64,000 bases of DNA, from positions 45,074,001 through 45,138,000 of the forward strand of contig OZ024742.1 of the NCBI GenBank assembly GCA_964016885.1, in the 5' to 3' direction. Positions 1 to 12,645 of this stretch are shown here, one piece after another; the first letter of the stretch is position 1; each line of letters opens with the position of its first letter. The DNA comes from Eledone cirrhosa. Lineage: Eukaryota. Under the pieces are notes generated by a model. It made no database searches, was not told the origin of the DNA, and worked only from the letters and a program-made list of their open reading frames with translations. The position numbers and the translations under genes were made by a program.

Positions 1-220
1 CACACTGTAAAGTGGTCGTGTAGGAGTCACGACAAAAAGCACCCAGCACACACAGTAAATATCATTGCCGTTAGGAAGGGCATCCAGCCGTAGAAACCTA
101 GACAGAAACAGTTCTGTATGAGCAAGACATGGTCACCTGACCTGACTTGCCTCAAATGGGACAACCCGTCTAACCCATGCTGTGTGTAGAAAGTTGATGT
201 TAAACAATTATGCTGATGAT
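1..220 (+). mobile_element. RTE/SINE 3' tail fragment
   Basis: Contains gttaggaagggcatccagccgtagaaac...cccgtctaacccatgc, shared with the 3'UTRs of RTE copies in this window. Confidence 0.75.
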
Positions 221-2567
221 ACACTCAAGATATGATTGTTTTTGTATTTTTTTGTTTGTTTGTTTGTTTTTTTACTGCCTATTATTTTTGTGTCATGTGA
301 CTTGGAATATTTCAATGTAAAAATTGCTGAACCCTTTTTTTTTCAACCAGGCTCACAGAGGCCAGTAAATTTTAATTAGTACAGCACTATAGCTGTAGCA
401 AGATTTGAACTTATGTCCTTGTAGTTAGAAGTAAAAGACTTTAACCCTACAGCAACTACCTTTCAGTTAACACATATGTATCTCACTCTGGAGTGAGAGT
501 AAAACTCAAGACATTAGCCAAACCATATTAGATCATCATCATCATCATTGTTACCTTTACTTTTCCATGCTGGCAATGGCTGGACGAAACATTTTTGTGA
601 CAGTGTCCTACAGTTGGCTGTCCTTGTTTTTAGGTAAGGTTCTGATCTTTGCACCTTGAACCAGAGCTATAGGACATATTGTTTATGGGATATAAACAAA
701 TGTCACTGCATGTGCTAGTGGTATGAAATGTGGAGCAAAGAACTACATGGTATAAACAACACACACACACAAAAAGCTTCCTTACAGTTTCTGCCTAGCA
801 GATTCACTCTCACAGTAGTGGGTAACTTGGGGCTAGGCTATTGTAGAATAGACTGGTCTAAAGGGACATACAGTGGGCTGAACATCCAAGCCTCAAGGTT
901 GTGAAGTGTACTTCTTAATCAAAGTCATGACTGTGACTATAGATTTTGAACAGAATTCAATATTTAGACTGTGATGCAATGAACAAAGAAAAGCAGAGAA
1001 TTAACCAAATGTAAGACGTTCAGAAGAATCTTCTAATTTCTTTCACAAGTTATTTTACTAGAAATCTATGTTAATTAGTATAGATTTGGTTGCTTTTTAC
1101 TGAAGTGCCATTTCTTCCAGATCTGTTAAGAAAGGCAAATTAACAAAGCCTGTTACTTGATACTCTTTTTATGGACTTCATTTTTAAAGATTTATATATA
1201 ACATAGATTTGCAGCTTCCATGCATACTCATTTAGTTCTTTGATTTTCATATTGTGCTACAATGAAACCAATAAGTCTTCTTTTAAATATATATTTCTTG
1301 TATTATGCCAAAATCAGACATAGATCAAACATGCATTTCTTCACAAATTATAAACAAGATATATATTTAGTCCAGAAATATGTCTATCTTGTTTTTTTAA
1401 TAACAATTAATTACTTTATATAACTTATTGCATGGCTGTGTAGTTAAAAACTGCATAGTATGGTGAGTGGAATTTGGTAGACAGAAACTGTATAGAAGCC
1501 CATTGGGGAGACTGTCCTTATACTAAAGTGGTAAACTTAGTCTGACACCCAGTTCAACACCACCATTGCAAGCATTTGAATCCAGAGTTTTCTGTGAGAT
1601 CAACTTCCTCCCTTCCATCTTTTACTAAGCAATAAGAAAAAAAGAGAATAAAGACTAGTAGTTCTTAACCTTTTTTGCCCCATGGCGCACCATAGCACTT
1701 CAAACATCTGATGCTCTCCTAAGTATACAAGCATGTTATGTGATGAAAAGTTAGTGTAAAATTTAAGAAAATTGGGCATGGAGAGGCTAAGAGCTTGTCC
1801 TCAAACTTTGTTATCCACACACTCCCAAAGTACATGTAGAATGATGGTAACTAACTCTATAAGAGATTCGCTTATCATTCACTTCATGCAAAACTTGCAT
1901 CACACACGCACACACACCTGCTGGAGTTTGATAAAAGTCATTCCTCCCCACATACTAACAAAAAAACAATAAAATGTTTATCTTTAAAATTTAATTTTAG
2001 AAAAAATATGTATTGAAATAATTACAAACAAAATAATTTTTTCAACAGCAACAGTAAAATCATTTTTCAGTTAGGATATGTTGGTTAATTATGCAAATTG
2101 TCATATGACCCTCCCCTCCAAACTTCTCCCTCTCTCCTCTTTCTCTCTCTGTTTTGATTTTGCCATAATTCTCATGTTGTTTGTTCTATCTCTACATCTT
2201 CAATTTTTCCCACAGAACCAACTACTTCTCTTGCAGCCATCACAAATTATAAGCCTCCTCTAGCTCTCTGCAGTCAACACACAAAGAACATTTCTTTATA
2301 AATAGAAACTTTAATGGAATGAGTAAACTTTTCTGGGTTATTAATGTTGTCTATTATCTTTCTAGTTACAATTTACCAAGATAACAATACAGAATATACC
2401 TTAATGTATCTTGTTGTCTCTTCTTGATTTCTGTTCTCTGTATCAGGCTATCCTTAGATGATTCTAGTAGAATATCCATTTCTCTGCGTCAGTTGATTTT
2501 GAAAATTCTCAAGAATTTGAAGGAATTCAGTAAAATAACTTTTGCATTATTAAGCTGTTGTTTAGAA

Positions 2568-2876
2568 CAGAGGTTCTCAAAGTGGGCGCTACTGCCTCCC
2601 AGGAGTGCTGGGGCCTAAGGGGGCAATATAGATGATATAATAGTATATTAAATATCAAATGATACATATTATATATAAATATAGTAAAATATATAATATT
2701 TATTTATACATAGTATATATTATATTATTTATTATATATAAATTAACAATTTTATTTATTATATATTATTTAGAATTTGTATGTAGGCAGGTCTCTCTGG
2801 AAATAGGGGTGGGGGGCGCTGAGGGTATTATGTGGCCGTGAGGGAGACGGTGGCTCAAAAAGTTTGAGAACCTCTG
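2568..2876. mobile_element. hAT (Charlie-like) MITE
   Basis: TIRs cagaggttctcaaa / tttgagaacctctg, flanked by imperfect gtttagaa / ctttagaa repeats. Confidence 0.7.
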
Positions 2877-3462
2877 CTTTCTTTAGAACATAACTGAAAG
2901 AAAGGTTTTTACTTAAGACTAAGATGGAGGGTTTTTAATTTTTATTTTTTTTTATTTTCTGAGGGCAATAAAATTCCAGGGGTTACCGAGAAGGGAAAAG
3001 GACAAGACCAAGAGAAAGACGATAATGATTGATATTACTTAGGAATTTTTGCAAATTATTGTGGTTAGAAGAGCAAGAAGCTGGAAGAGAATTCCATAGG
3101 CGAAATGTGAGAGGGAAAATACTATCTGAATAGAGATCGTATATTTAGAAAACCTGAAGCGGAATTTCATAATTGAATTAGATTTCGCTGTAACTTTGAC
3201 TAAATAATATAGTCTAATAATTTAGACTATTTTATTTTATCAAAGTTACAGCGAAATCTTCTAATTCAATTTTCATATCTGAATAGAATGTGTGATTACA
3301 TTTAGGAACTCCAACTATAAAATTGGAAAAATTTTGTATGATAGAAGCAGAGGTAGTGAGGGGTAGGGATGGAAATGAAGACATTTAGATGATTAAACTA
3401 CAGCAAGGCAGTTGAATTGCTCTTGTTATTTAGAATTCCTCTGAAGTGGATGGCTGTGTGTT

Positions 3463-3685
3463 CCTTTAGCATTCATATTACTCTCTATTTACTATTGTAT
3501 TTTGTGGTAAAGGCTTTATCTTACATAATTATCTCACATAATATCGAATCTATGAGATTTTGATATTATTTATTTTGAGAACAATACCTTAACATCAGTA
3601 TAAGTGGCCAGTTACAGCTGATTTGAACAGAAAGAGGTGAGAGAATTCTGGCCGGATACGGCCGGTTTAAATGCTAATGGGTTAA
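3463..3685 (+). mobile_element. piggyBac-like MITE copy
   Basis: cctttagcatt...aaatgctaatgggTTAA; same family as the copies at 55160, 56956 and 60921. Confidence 0.7.
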
Positions 3686-4454
3686 ATACAAGGAGCATTG
3701 TTGTAGTTGTTACTTAGCCTCATGTTAGTCAAAGGTGTTCCAGCTGTGACCATCCCTGTTTTTTTTTTTTATATATTTAATACTACATTTTACAAAGTGT
3801 GGTTGGAAATTTGGCTGCTATTTCTAGCAGATTAAGCAACCACATAGAAGCATCTTTAACTAGTAAAGAGCATTGTAAAGTCATTATGTATAAAATTACT
3901 ACCCAAAAGAACTTTCTCTCTTAAGTTTGTATATCAGCGTTTTCTATTTTTTTTTTTCTTTTATGTTTATTTTAAAATTTATCCCACCAAATTATTGAAA
4001 TTAATTTCAACTGTTCCTTTGAATCAAATTATAACTGTGAATTTGAATAGTTTTGGGAGGAGGAAGTAATTGATTAGTTCCATATTAGAGAACAAAACAA
4101 AATATTGATATAGTTAATTCTGAATTTGATGGACAGTTTTCAGACAGAATATATTGAATTCAAATCAACTGTCTGTACTGAATTATTGAGCATGGAAGTA
4201 TTATAATTTACAGAGAATATTGGCATTTATAGCACTGATGCCAGAAAGTTCACCACATACAAGCAAGCCACTATGTTTAAATTGATTAAAATAATTTTAA
4301 TGTATTTTAAGCTGATCATATCACAGCTAACTCAGTAGCCATGTGAAAATGCCAAACACTAGTGTTTATATATAAACACATATAAATATAAAGATATTTA
4401 TATATATGTATATATATATATATATATATATAAATATATATATATATAATTTTT

Positions 4455-4801
4455 ATCTATATCATTTCATCATTTCATTTTACGTCCGCTTTTTCCCTGC
4501 TTGCAAGGGTGGGACGGGAACTGATTCTGGCTTGGTTTCTACATCTGGATGCCCTTCCTAACACCAACCTCATTTACAGTGAGTGCTGGGTGCTTTTTTG
4601 CCGTGGCACCTCCACAACCACTTTGCAGTGGAATGATAGGGACCCCAGTCCCTATCATCTCATTTCTACAGCTGAGTAAACTGGAGCAATGTGAAATAAA
4701 GTGTCTTGCTCAAGGAAGCAACACATCACCCGGTCTGAGAATTGAACTCACAACCTTTCTATTGCAAGGCCAATGCTCTAACCACTAAGCCATGTGCCTC
4801 C
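4455..4801 (-). mobile_element. tRNA-derived SINE with CORE-like middle and RTE-type 3' tail
   Basis: Minus strand reads ggaggcacatggcttagtggttagagc (A box)...gagttcaattct (B box), then ccttgagcaagacacttta, then a tail shared with the RTE 3'UTR. Flanked by TA repeats. Confidence 0.85.
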
Positions 4802-4849
4802 ATTTATATGTGTATAGTTATATATATATACACACATAAATAACTCAAT

Positions 4850-5090
4850 GTACACCTCACCGCCACACCCTACCCTACCCTCCCTCTCCCGTACCGTCCA
4901 CTGTGTCGATGACGCAACAGTCCACACTATAAGGTGGCCGTGTAGGAGACACGGTGAAAAGGCTCCCAGTCCATACTGTAAATGTGGTTGGTGTTAGGAA
5001 GGGCATTCAGCTGTAAAAAATGGAACAAAATGGAACAAAACCGTCTAACCCATGCTAGCGTGGAAGATTGACGTTAAATGATGATGTTGA
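4850..5090 (+). mobile_element. RTE 3' end fragment
   Basis: gtggccgtgtagg...ggtgttaggaagggcatt...gacgttaaatgatgatg. Confidence 0.7.
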
Positions 5091-5111
5091 TATACACACA
5101 TAAATTTAAAG

Positions 5112-5144
<33 letters not shown>

Positions 5145-5914
5145 CACACACACATATATATATATATATAAAATAAGAAAATGCAAAGTAGTTTCAGGTG
5201 TTAAAGTCTTTTGTGGCCACTTTAGCATCTGAAACTACTTCGCCTTTTCTTATTCTAAATATACTCCATCATTCCTATGTGGAAAAATTACATAGAGTGC
5301 TTGAATTAAATTGCATCATTGTTTACTGTATGTATATATATATATATATATATATAGTTATAGTTATAAACAGATTTTTGTAGCTTGCTTGAAGCATTGT
5401 TGAATAGGAAACACAAATTTAAATAATTTGAAAACCAAACAATGCGTTAGGAAGGACATTAAATTGCCAAGATAACAAAAGAATCTTACCTTAGCAAATT
5501 TAACGATCCCAAATATTTACGGGTTTAAACACCCATTATCAGGGAGTAACCCTATGAGAGACGTAAATATCGATCGGATAGACTTGCTTGTTTGGAGAGC
5601 AGATTCAAGTTACATGAAATGAAAAGACGCTAAAATTTCGAACGTGTGCGTTATGAAATGTATGATATATGTATGTGTGTGTCTGAATGTAAGTGTGCTT
5701 AGTGGGATGTTTGTATGTATGTATGTGTGTGTATGAATGTAAGTTTATCTATTAAAAGATCTGTACAAATATGTATATAATAAAACGGGAAAATATGTGT
5801 GTGATATATGTATGTGTGTGTGTGTGTGTGAGTCTAAGTGTGTTTGCCTAGTGAGGACATAGATTTAATTTGAAAGAAAGAATGAAACTGGCCACTGGGA
5901 TGTAGGAATACAGG

Positions 5915-6120
5915 CTTTTAAATTAGCCATTCTGGTGCACTTCTTTCCATTCGATTATTGATCCTAGGTTTTAATTGCTTAGTTAAAAAGGCTTCCTTAA
6001 TTCTGCATAAATACAGAGTGTGTAACCAAGACGGCACCAAAGCCTATAAATATTTGCACATATCTAATTTGTAGGCATGTAAACATGCTGGAAAATACAA
6101 ATTTCCCTGTAAATTGAGAA
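5915..6120 (-). mobile_element. Decayed Penelope-like element remnant (GIY-YIG C-terminus)
   Basis: Minus strand encodes LCRIKEAFLTKQLKPRINNRMER, like the PLE endonuclease C-terminal KEAxxIxxxKPxIN motif. Adjacent to a hammerhead motif. Confidence 0.55.
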
Positions 6121-6128
6121 TATGTTGA

Positions 6129-6177
6129 ACATCTTTAATCAATTTTCAGATTTTATTGAACCCTCATCAGAAGATGT
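6129..6177 (-). ncRNA. Minimal type I hammerhead ribozyme motif
   Basis: acatctt-CTGATGA-gggttcaataaaatct-GAAA-attgat-TA-aagatgt, with a perfect 7-bp stem I and a short near-palindromic stem III. Confidence 0.7.
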
Positions 6178-8639
6178 GTATATCATCCAATGAAACACAA
6201 GGAAATGTATATTTGATATATACCCATTTACTTTTAGTACAATAATAATGAAAATTATTGTGTACAGTGCTCAGGTACACTACAACAAGGTACATAGAAT
6301 AATGTACAAATGTCAGTATTATTCTGAAATGAACCTATTAATTTGCATATAATTAGCACTTGTGTTTGTAATCGAGAGTTCAATGCATCGAGGGTTCAAT
6401 GCATGCACCTTTGTCTATATAGCCTATATAGATTTTGCAAATAATACATTTATGGAAATGCACATTTGCATATTTTGCATTTGAGTTAGAAATGTCACTG
6501 AAGATGGATAAAACCTTTGAAACACTTGTTTGTCTCAAACCATTCTGTTGAGAGAACCCTTGGTTCAACTACCAATAGTTTAATTGCACAGTAAGACAAA
6601 TTATATGTTTATCTAGAGGTGGCTACAGGTAATTTATTTACTAACTTGCGCTAGTAGTCATATACTCACAGTTGTCAAGAAGTCAATGTTGGATGCACTG
6701 TAAGATAAATAAAATAATTTAAATTAAGTCAAAGACTTAAAATGACAGTAAAATGAGGAGGGGGGTTGGCTTATATTTTGCTGATTTTCACCAACTTTAA
6801 ATTCTGTCAATTTTTTTATACTTACTACATCATCATTGGTGTTATTTATGCATTCCTTTGAAAATATTTCCAACAAATTTTTATAGTTATCTTTGATCTC
6901 TTGCTTTCAAAGTACTCCTAGCATGTGAGTGGTCGGAAGTATACAACAATTCGAGAAACTTGTTGAAAACTCATTACATAATGGAATCCTATTATGTAAA
7001 GAGAATGCATTATGTAATGGAGTTGTGAAACAAAAACTATATTCTAAACGGCACTAAAAACATATCAAAATATTAAAACTTCATAATCATACTTTATATT
7101 CATGAGAATTCCAAAACTATGCCATCTAAACATAATGTGTTGATTAGTAAACGGGGTTTAGATTTTTGCCCATTTCTCAGATATAAAATAGGGGGAGTTG
7201 GCTTATATTTGGATCAACTTATATTCAGATCGGCTTATATTAGAATACATATGGTAGGTTTTGAGGAGGACTCTTTAGTTTGGATAAACATGTGATAACC
7301 TCTTTGGTTCTTGTGCCACAATAAAGTGTACCCAGTACACTCTATAAAGTGGTGGTGTTGGTAGTACAAAAAACACACTCATAACATTTTACTGTCATTC
7401 CCCCTATCCTATCCATCTCCATCAAATATCCCACACCTTATCCCCACTTCTAAAGGTTGAGGGAGCTCTTCAGTTGAGTCAATGACTGACAACTTCCCTA
7501 GTGTTGGTAACATAAAACACACCCACTACACTGTCAACTGGTTGGTGATAGGAAGGGCATCCAATCATAGAAAACTTGCCTAAGAAAGGGTAGAGAGGCG
7601 TTTTCAGCTGTGTCAAAGGCACTTAATGAGCTCTCTAGTGTTGGTATAGTGATAAAATACACCCTGTACACTCTGCAAAGTGTGGGAATGTATGTAAACG
7701 AATTGAGGTCCCCACCCATCTGAAGAGATCAGTGGCTCCAATGAAGTATCGACTTGGGCAGTGATGACCTGTGCAACCCTTGCTGGTGAGGAAATCAGAT
7801 GTTTAATGGTGATGATGATAATGACTAATTAATGTATTTCGCTCAGGATTATGTATTCTTGGCTTAAATTTAGGTTGAGGATTTATAAAAGAAATTGATT
7901 TGCTATAACAGATTACTATAACATTTCACAAGCTAATGAGGCAGCCTCTATTCAGGTCACTCAACCAGCTAGAAATTGCAGCCAAATCTCCCTTAAATTA
8001 CTCAAACCAATGGAAGAGCCTCATGTGGTCGCTCTACCTGCTAGAAATAGCACCAAATTTTTCTCTAATCATACAAATTATTGAGGGAACTTCTATATGG
8101 TTGCCCCACCTGCTAGAAATAACTGTCAAACCCTCTTTAAATTACATAAGCTCACGTCCTTTATATGGTTGCTCCACCTGCTAGAAATAAGCATCTCACG
8201 AGTCCTTTAGATAGCAAAAGTTATCTACTACTTCTAGTGAGTTTCCAAGTATATGTAGGAGTCCATTTCCTGAGTATTCTTACTGTTGATAACTTATGTG
8301 ATTCACATGACCTAGAAATTGTTGGCAAATCTCACTCAATCAAGTTAAATAGTTTAGATTATGTAGTTTTAGATATCTTTTTAAAATTGGGATGGTCATG
8401 GAAAGCATGCATTGATTATAGGTTTGTCCAACCTGTGTTGACCTGGTGTTAAATAGCAATGATAACATTGCAAGCTAGTGATCAAGCTTCTACACATTTT
8501 CTCAGCCTGCTAGAAATAGTTGCTAAATCTCCCTCAAATCACATCCTATCTTAAATAAAGATGCTCATTGAAAAATAAGTCCTTAATATACAGAAAGATG
8601 AAATGGTTATGACTGGAACACCTTTGATCATAAGTATAC

Positions 8640-9830
8640 AACAGGGGCGTACTTGATCAGGTGCTGACTTGGGGCTAAACAACAACAACAACAACATAGG
8701 TATACTTGATTAGGAGCTGAGACCTGGGGCTAAACAACAACAACATAGGTATACTTGATTAGGAGCTGAGACCTGGAGCTAAACAACAACAACATAGGTA
8801 TACTTGATTAGGAGCTGAGACCTGGAGCTAAACAATGACTGACTCACCTGGACAGCGACTGCTTGCACATCAGTGTTTCCCTGAGGCTTGACCTCTGCAT
8901 CAGTGAGTCTCACAAATGCTGCAGTGATACCACTGTGAATCCTTTGTCTCCGCCCACTATCATGCTGTTACAGTGCTGACTGCCTTCCATGCTACGCTGC
9001 TCTCAATGAGTTCATAAAGCATGGCCTGGAGGGTGCAGGCTTCCCTTCCCAGCTCCAGCTTGTGTGGCTGGACTGAGGGGGTGGCAAAAGGCCATACTGC
9101 ATGACTAACGGAACCTGTTCCGTTGGGGTATGCCCCTCATCTGGGATGCTATATACTGTGACACTTTCTCTAGTGGCAATCTGGTGCATTCGGCTACCAG
9201 CCCGAGCTCTGCTGACCAAGCCAAAGAGGGCAAACTGTCCAAGTATTGGCTGCTCTCGGATAGGTTTGTGGTAGAGACTGTTGCAGTGTTCTTGACCCTC
9301 AGACCACATCCCTACTCACTGCTATCGGAGCAGAGTTGGTTACCCTCAGATGTGAGCCCTGTGAGGTGGAGTGGCTGTTCCAGCATGTCTCCCTCTCCAT
9401 CCTCTGGGACAATGTCTTCTCCATCCTGTCAGCCTGCACCAAGAGGCAAACAGTAAGTTAGTTGGGGGTGGAGGATACTTGTTCGGATGTCGCACATATA
9501 TGCACACATACATAGAATCTCTTCTTGATACCAAAATTCTGAAAATATTGTAGGTGTACTTAAGAGCTGACCTTTTATACTTGATCAGGAGTTGACCTTA
9601 GGTAAAACAACAACAACTTCATAGATTTACATAATCAGGAGCTGACCTGGGGCTAAACAACAACAAATCATTATAGGTGTACTTGATCAGGAGCCGACTT
9701 GGGGCTAGACAACAACAACAACAATAACATCATACGTGCACTTGATCAGGAGCTAATCTGGAGCTAAACAACAACATGGGTATATACTAGATCAGGTCTA
9801 AGTTGGTGCTAATCAACAATAACAGCAACA
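8640..9830 (+). repeat. Tandem array of ~45-55 bp units (ggtgtacttgatcaggagctgacctggggctaaacaacaac), interrupted by a CRE-type remnant
   Basis: About 4 units at 8640-8835 and about 5 at 9550-9830. Confidence 0.8.
8840..9460 (+). mobile_element. CRE-clade (restriction-like endonuclease) non-LTR retrotransposon 3' remnant
   Basis: Frameshifted AALNEFIKHGLEGAGFPSQL..GGGKRP..LIWDAIYCDTFSSGNLVHSA..KLSKY..LSDRFVVETVAV resembles the RLE domain (KRPD..LxWD..K..KY) of CRE elements. Confidence 0.65.
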
Positions 9831-10019
9831 TCATGATTACCAAGAACAAGAACATTCTCTATGGTAGACTATTCATCAATACTGTATTAGGTTATATGGA
9901 GATAGAGCTAAGAATATTGTGATATCATTTCAGACACAGCTTACCTTTAGCAGAATTAGGTTCCATTGAGAAAAAGAACAAGGGCCAACTGAAAATCAAC
10001 ATGATTGAATAATAATAAT

Positions 10020-10265
10020 AATTGTTTCTACATTTGACACAAGGCCAGCTATTATCCCAGTGCATTACTGGTACTTATTTTATCGACCCCGTAAGGATGA
10101 AAGGCAAAGTTAACCTCGGCAGGATTTGAACTCAGATCTCTGAATAATAATAATAATTGTTTCTACTTCTGGCACAAGGCCAGCAATTACTCAGTACATT
10201 ACTGGTACTTTATTTTATTGACCCCGTAAGGATGAAAGGTAAAGTTAACCTCGGCAGGAATTGAA
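10020..10265 (-). mobile_element. Two tandem truncated SINE copies (cctttcatccttacggggtcgataaaataagtacc core)
   Basis: Same family as 58940-59150 and 60483-60590; (TAT)n tails. Confidence 0.7.
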
Positions 10266-10569
10266 CTTTATTAACCACAAGGGCTGACACAAAGTATAAC
10301 ATTAAGGACAGCACAAGATGGTACAAATGGGTGTTTCTATGTGTAAACACAAAAACAAAGGATGTAACAAAGGAAAATTCCCCAATAGAGGGGAGACCTC
10401 CAAGGATCACTCGTGAAGAAAGCCCATTAAAAAAGCCATGGTGATCCTGACCACCAGGGCAAGTGCCCTCTCTCTGTTTTCCACCTTCAATTTACAGGCG
10501 CATACCTATCACTCGGGTCATGTTCGCCTCTCTCACCCATCTTTCAACAAATTGCTCTACTGATACTGC

Positions 10570-10727
10570 CCTTTTAATATAGGCACACTTATACAGGGCT
10601 TCCACTAACAAAGCATTGGTAAACTCAAGACCATGCGAGAAAACACTTACCATATGAGACATACAGTGGGATTGAATCTGGAACTATAGGGTGCTGATGT
10701 GAAATTATTAACCACACATCTATGTCG
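10570..10727 (-). mobile_element. Decayed tRNA-derived SINE
   Basis: Minus strand gacatagatgtgtggttaataatt...agattcaatcccactg resembles the A/B-box head of the SINE copy near 61500. Confidence 0.55.
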
Positions 10728-12090
10728 GTATAATTTTAACAACATAGATATGTCTGTATAATTTTAACAACATAGATATGTCTATAATTTTAACAACATA
10801 GATATGTCTGTATAATTTTAACAACATAGATATGTCTGTATAATTTTAACAACATAGATATGTCTGTATAATATTCACTGCATAGATATGTCTGTATAAT
10901 TTTAACAACATAGATATGTCTGTATAATTTTAACAACATAGATATGTTTGTATAATTTTAACAACATAGATATGTCTATAATTTTAACAACATAGATATG
11001 TTTGTATAATTTTAACAACATAGATATGTCTGTATAATTTTAACAACATAGATATGTCTGTATAATTTTAACAACATAGATATGTCTATAATTTTAACAA
11101 CATAGATATGTCTGTATAATTTTAACAACATAGATATGTCTGTATAATTTTAACAGCATAGATATGTCTGTATAATTTTAACAACATAGATATGTCTGTA
11201 TAATATTCACCGCATAGATATGTCTGTATAATTTTAACAACATAGATATGTCTGTATAATTTTAACAACATAGATATGTTTGTATAATTTTAACAACATA
11301 GATATGTCTATAATTTTAACAGCATAGATATGTTTGTATAATTTTAACAACATAGATATGTTTGTATAATTTTAACAACATAGATATGTTTGTATAATTT
11401 TAACAACATAGATATGTCTGTATAATGTTAACAACATAGATATGTCTGTATAATGTTAACAACATAGATATGTCTGTATAATGTTAACAACATAGATATG
11501 TCTGTATAATGTTAACAACATAGATATGTCTGTATAATTTTAACAACATAGATATGTCTGTATAATTTTAACAACATAGATATGTCTATAATTTTAACAA
11601 CATAGATATGTCTATAATTTTAACAACATAGATATGTCTGTATAATTTTAACAACATAGATATGTCTGTATAATTTTAACAACATAGATATGTCTGTATA
11701 ATTTTAACAACATAGATATGTCTGTATAATTTTAACAACATAGATATGTCTGTATAATTTTAACAACATAGATATGTCTGTATAATTTTAACAACATAGA
11801 TATGTCTATAATTTTAACAACATAGATATGTCTATAATTTTAACAACATAGATATGTCTATAATTTTAACCACACATCTGTCTGTATAATTTTAACCACA
11901 CATCTATGTCTGTATAATTTTAACCACACATCTATGTCTGTATAATTTTAACCACACATCTATGTATATATAATTTTAACCACACATCTATGTATATATA
12001 ATTTTAACCACACATCTATGTCTATATAATTTTAATGACAGCTATGTCTATAATGTTAACCACACCGATATGTCTGTATAATTTTAACCT
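10709..12090. repeat. 28-bp minisatellite (tataattttaacaacatagatatgtctg) with 26-bp variants, ~1.4 kb
   Basis: Directly visible tandem array. Confidence 0.97.
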
Positions 12091-12452
12091 ATATTAATAC
12101 CCCCAATTATATGGAACACTTCGAGAGACATTTATTAAATGAAATATTAAATATCATATTGGCTGGGTGAGTGGAAGTAACATGAACAACATAATAGGAT
12201 AGTAATAGGAATGTGACATGGGTGGTAAGAAAGAAAGTGATGGTTAGCAACAGAGACTATAATGGTGAGATTGGCGGAAATTTTCTTATGATGGGGGTGA
12301 TAGATTGGTGGTTGATGGTAGAATGTGTTGCTATTAGACGTGTGATTGATGGATATCTACAGATGTGGGTAATGGAGAGAGAGAGAGAGCAGTATATATT
12401 TATTGATATAAAATTTACATTTAATATATAATGTATGCTCATCTAATTTCAG

Positions 12453-12645
12453 GTATTTAACATTTATATGGCGGGTCGTCATTTGTGTTCGCGGAGATAT
12501 CGAGAATTTGATTGCTTACACATTCAATTGAAAAGAGAATTTACTGATTTCAATTTCCCCAAACTTCCTGGTAAAAAGCTTTTCACATTGTCTGATCAAC
12601 AACTTGATGCTCGGCGGAGAGGTTTGGAGCAGTACCTAGAAAAAG
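12453..12645 (+). CDS. SNX27: SNX27-like exon, PX domain
   Basis: ttcAG acceptor, G|GTTAG donor. Translates [64 protein letters not shown], carrying the PX RRY and PKLPGK motifs as in SNX27. Ends phase 1. Confidence 0.93.

Noticed and set aside
4730-4801. tRNA gene
   Set aside because: The A/B boxes continue into a SINE body and RTE tail and recur in several copies; this is a SINE head, not a tRNA gene.
5506-5547. Additional hammerhead-like motif on the minus strand (CTGATAA-tggg...cccg-TAAA)
   Set aside because: Two core positions deviate and stem I is only 3-4 bp; at best a dead relic.
9100-9150. Twin hairpins with cagatgagggg resembling a hammerhead
   Set aside because: Lacks the CUGANGA and GAAA cores and lies within a coding remnant.
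10709-12090. CRISPR-like regular 28-bp repeats
   Set aside because: No unique spacers, no cas genes, and a eukaryotic intron context; this is a minisatellite.
1-12452. SNX27 PDZ-domain exons
   Set aside because: No PDZ-like translation with splice sites found; presumably upstream of the window.
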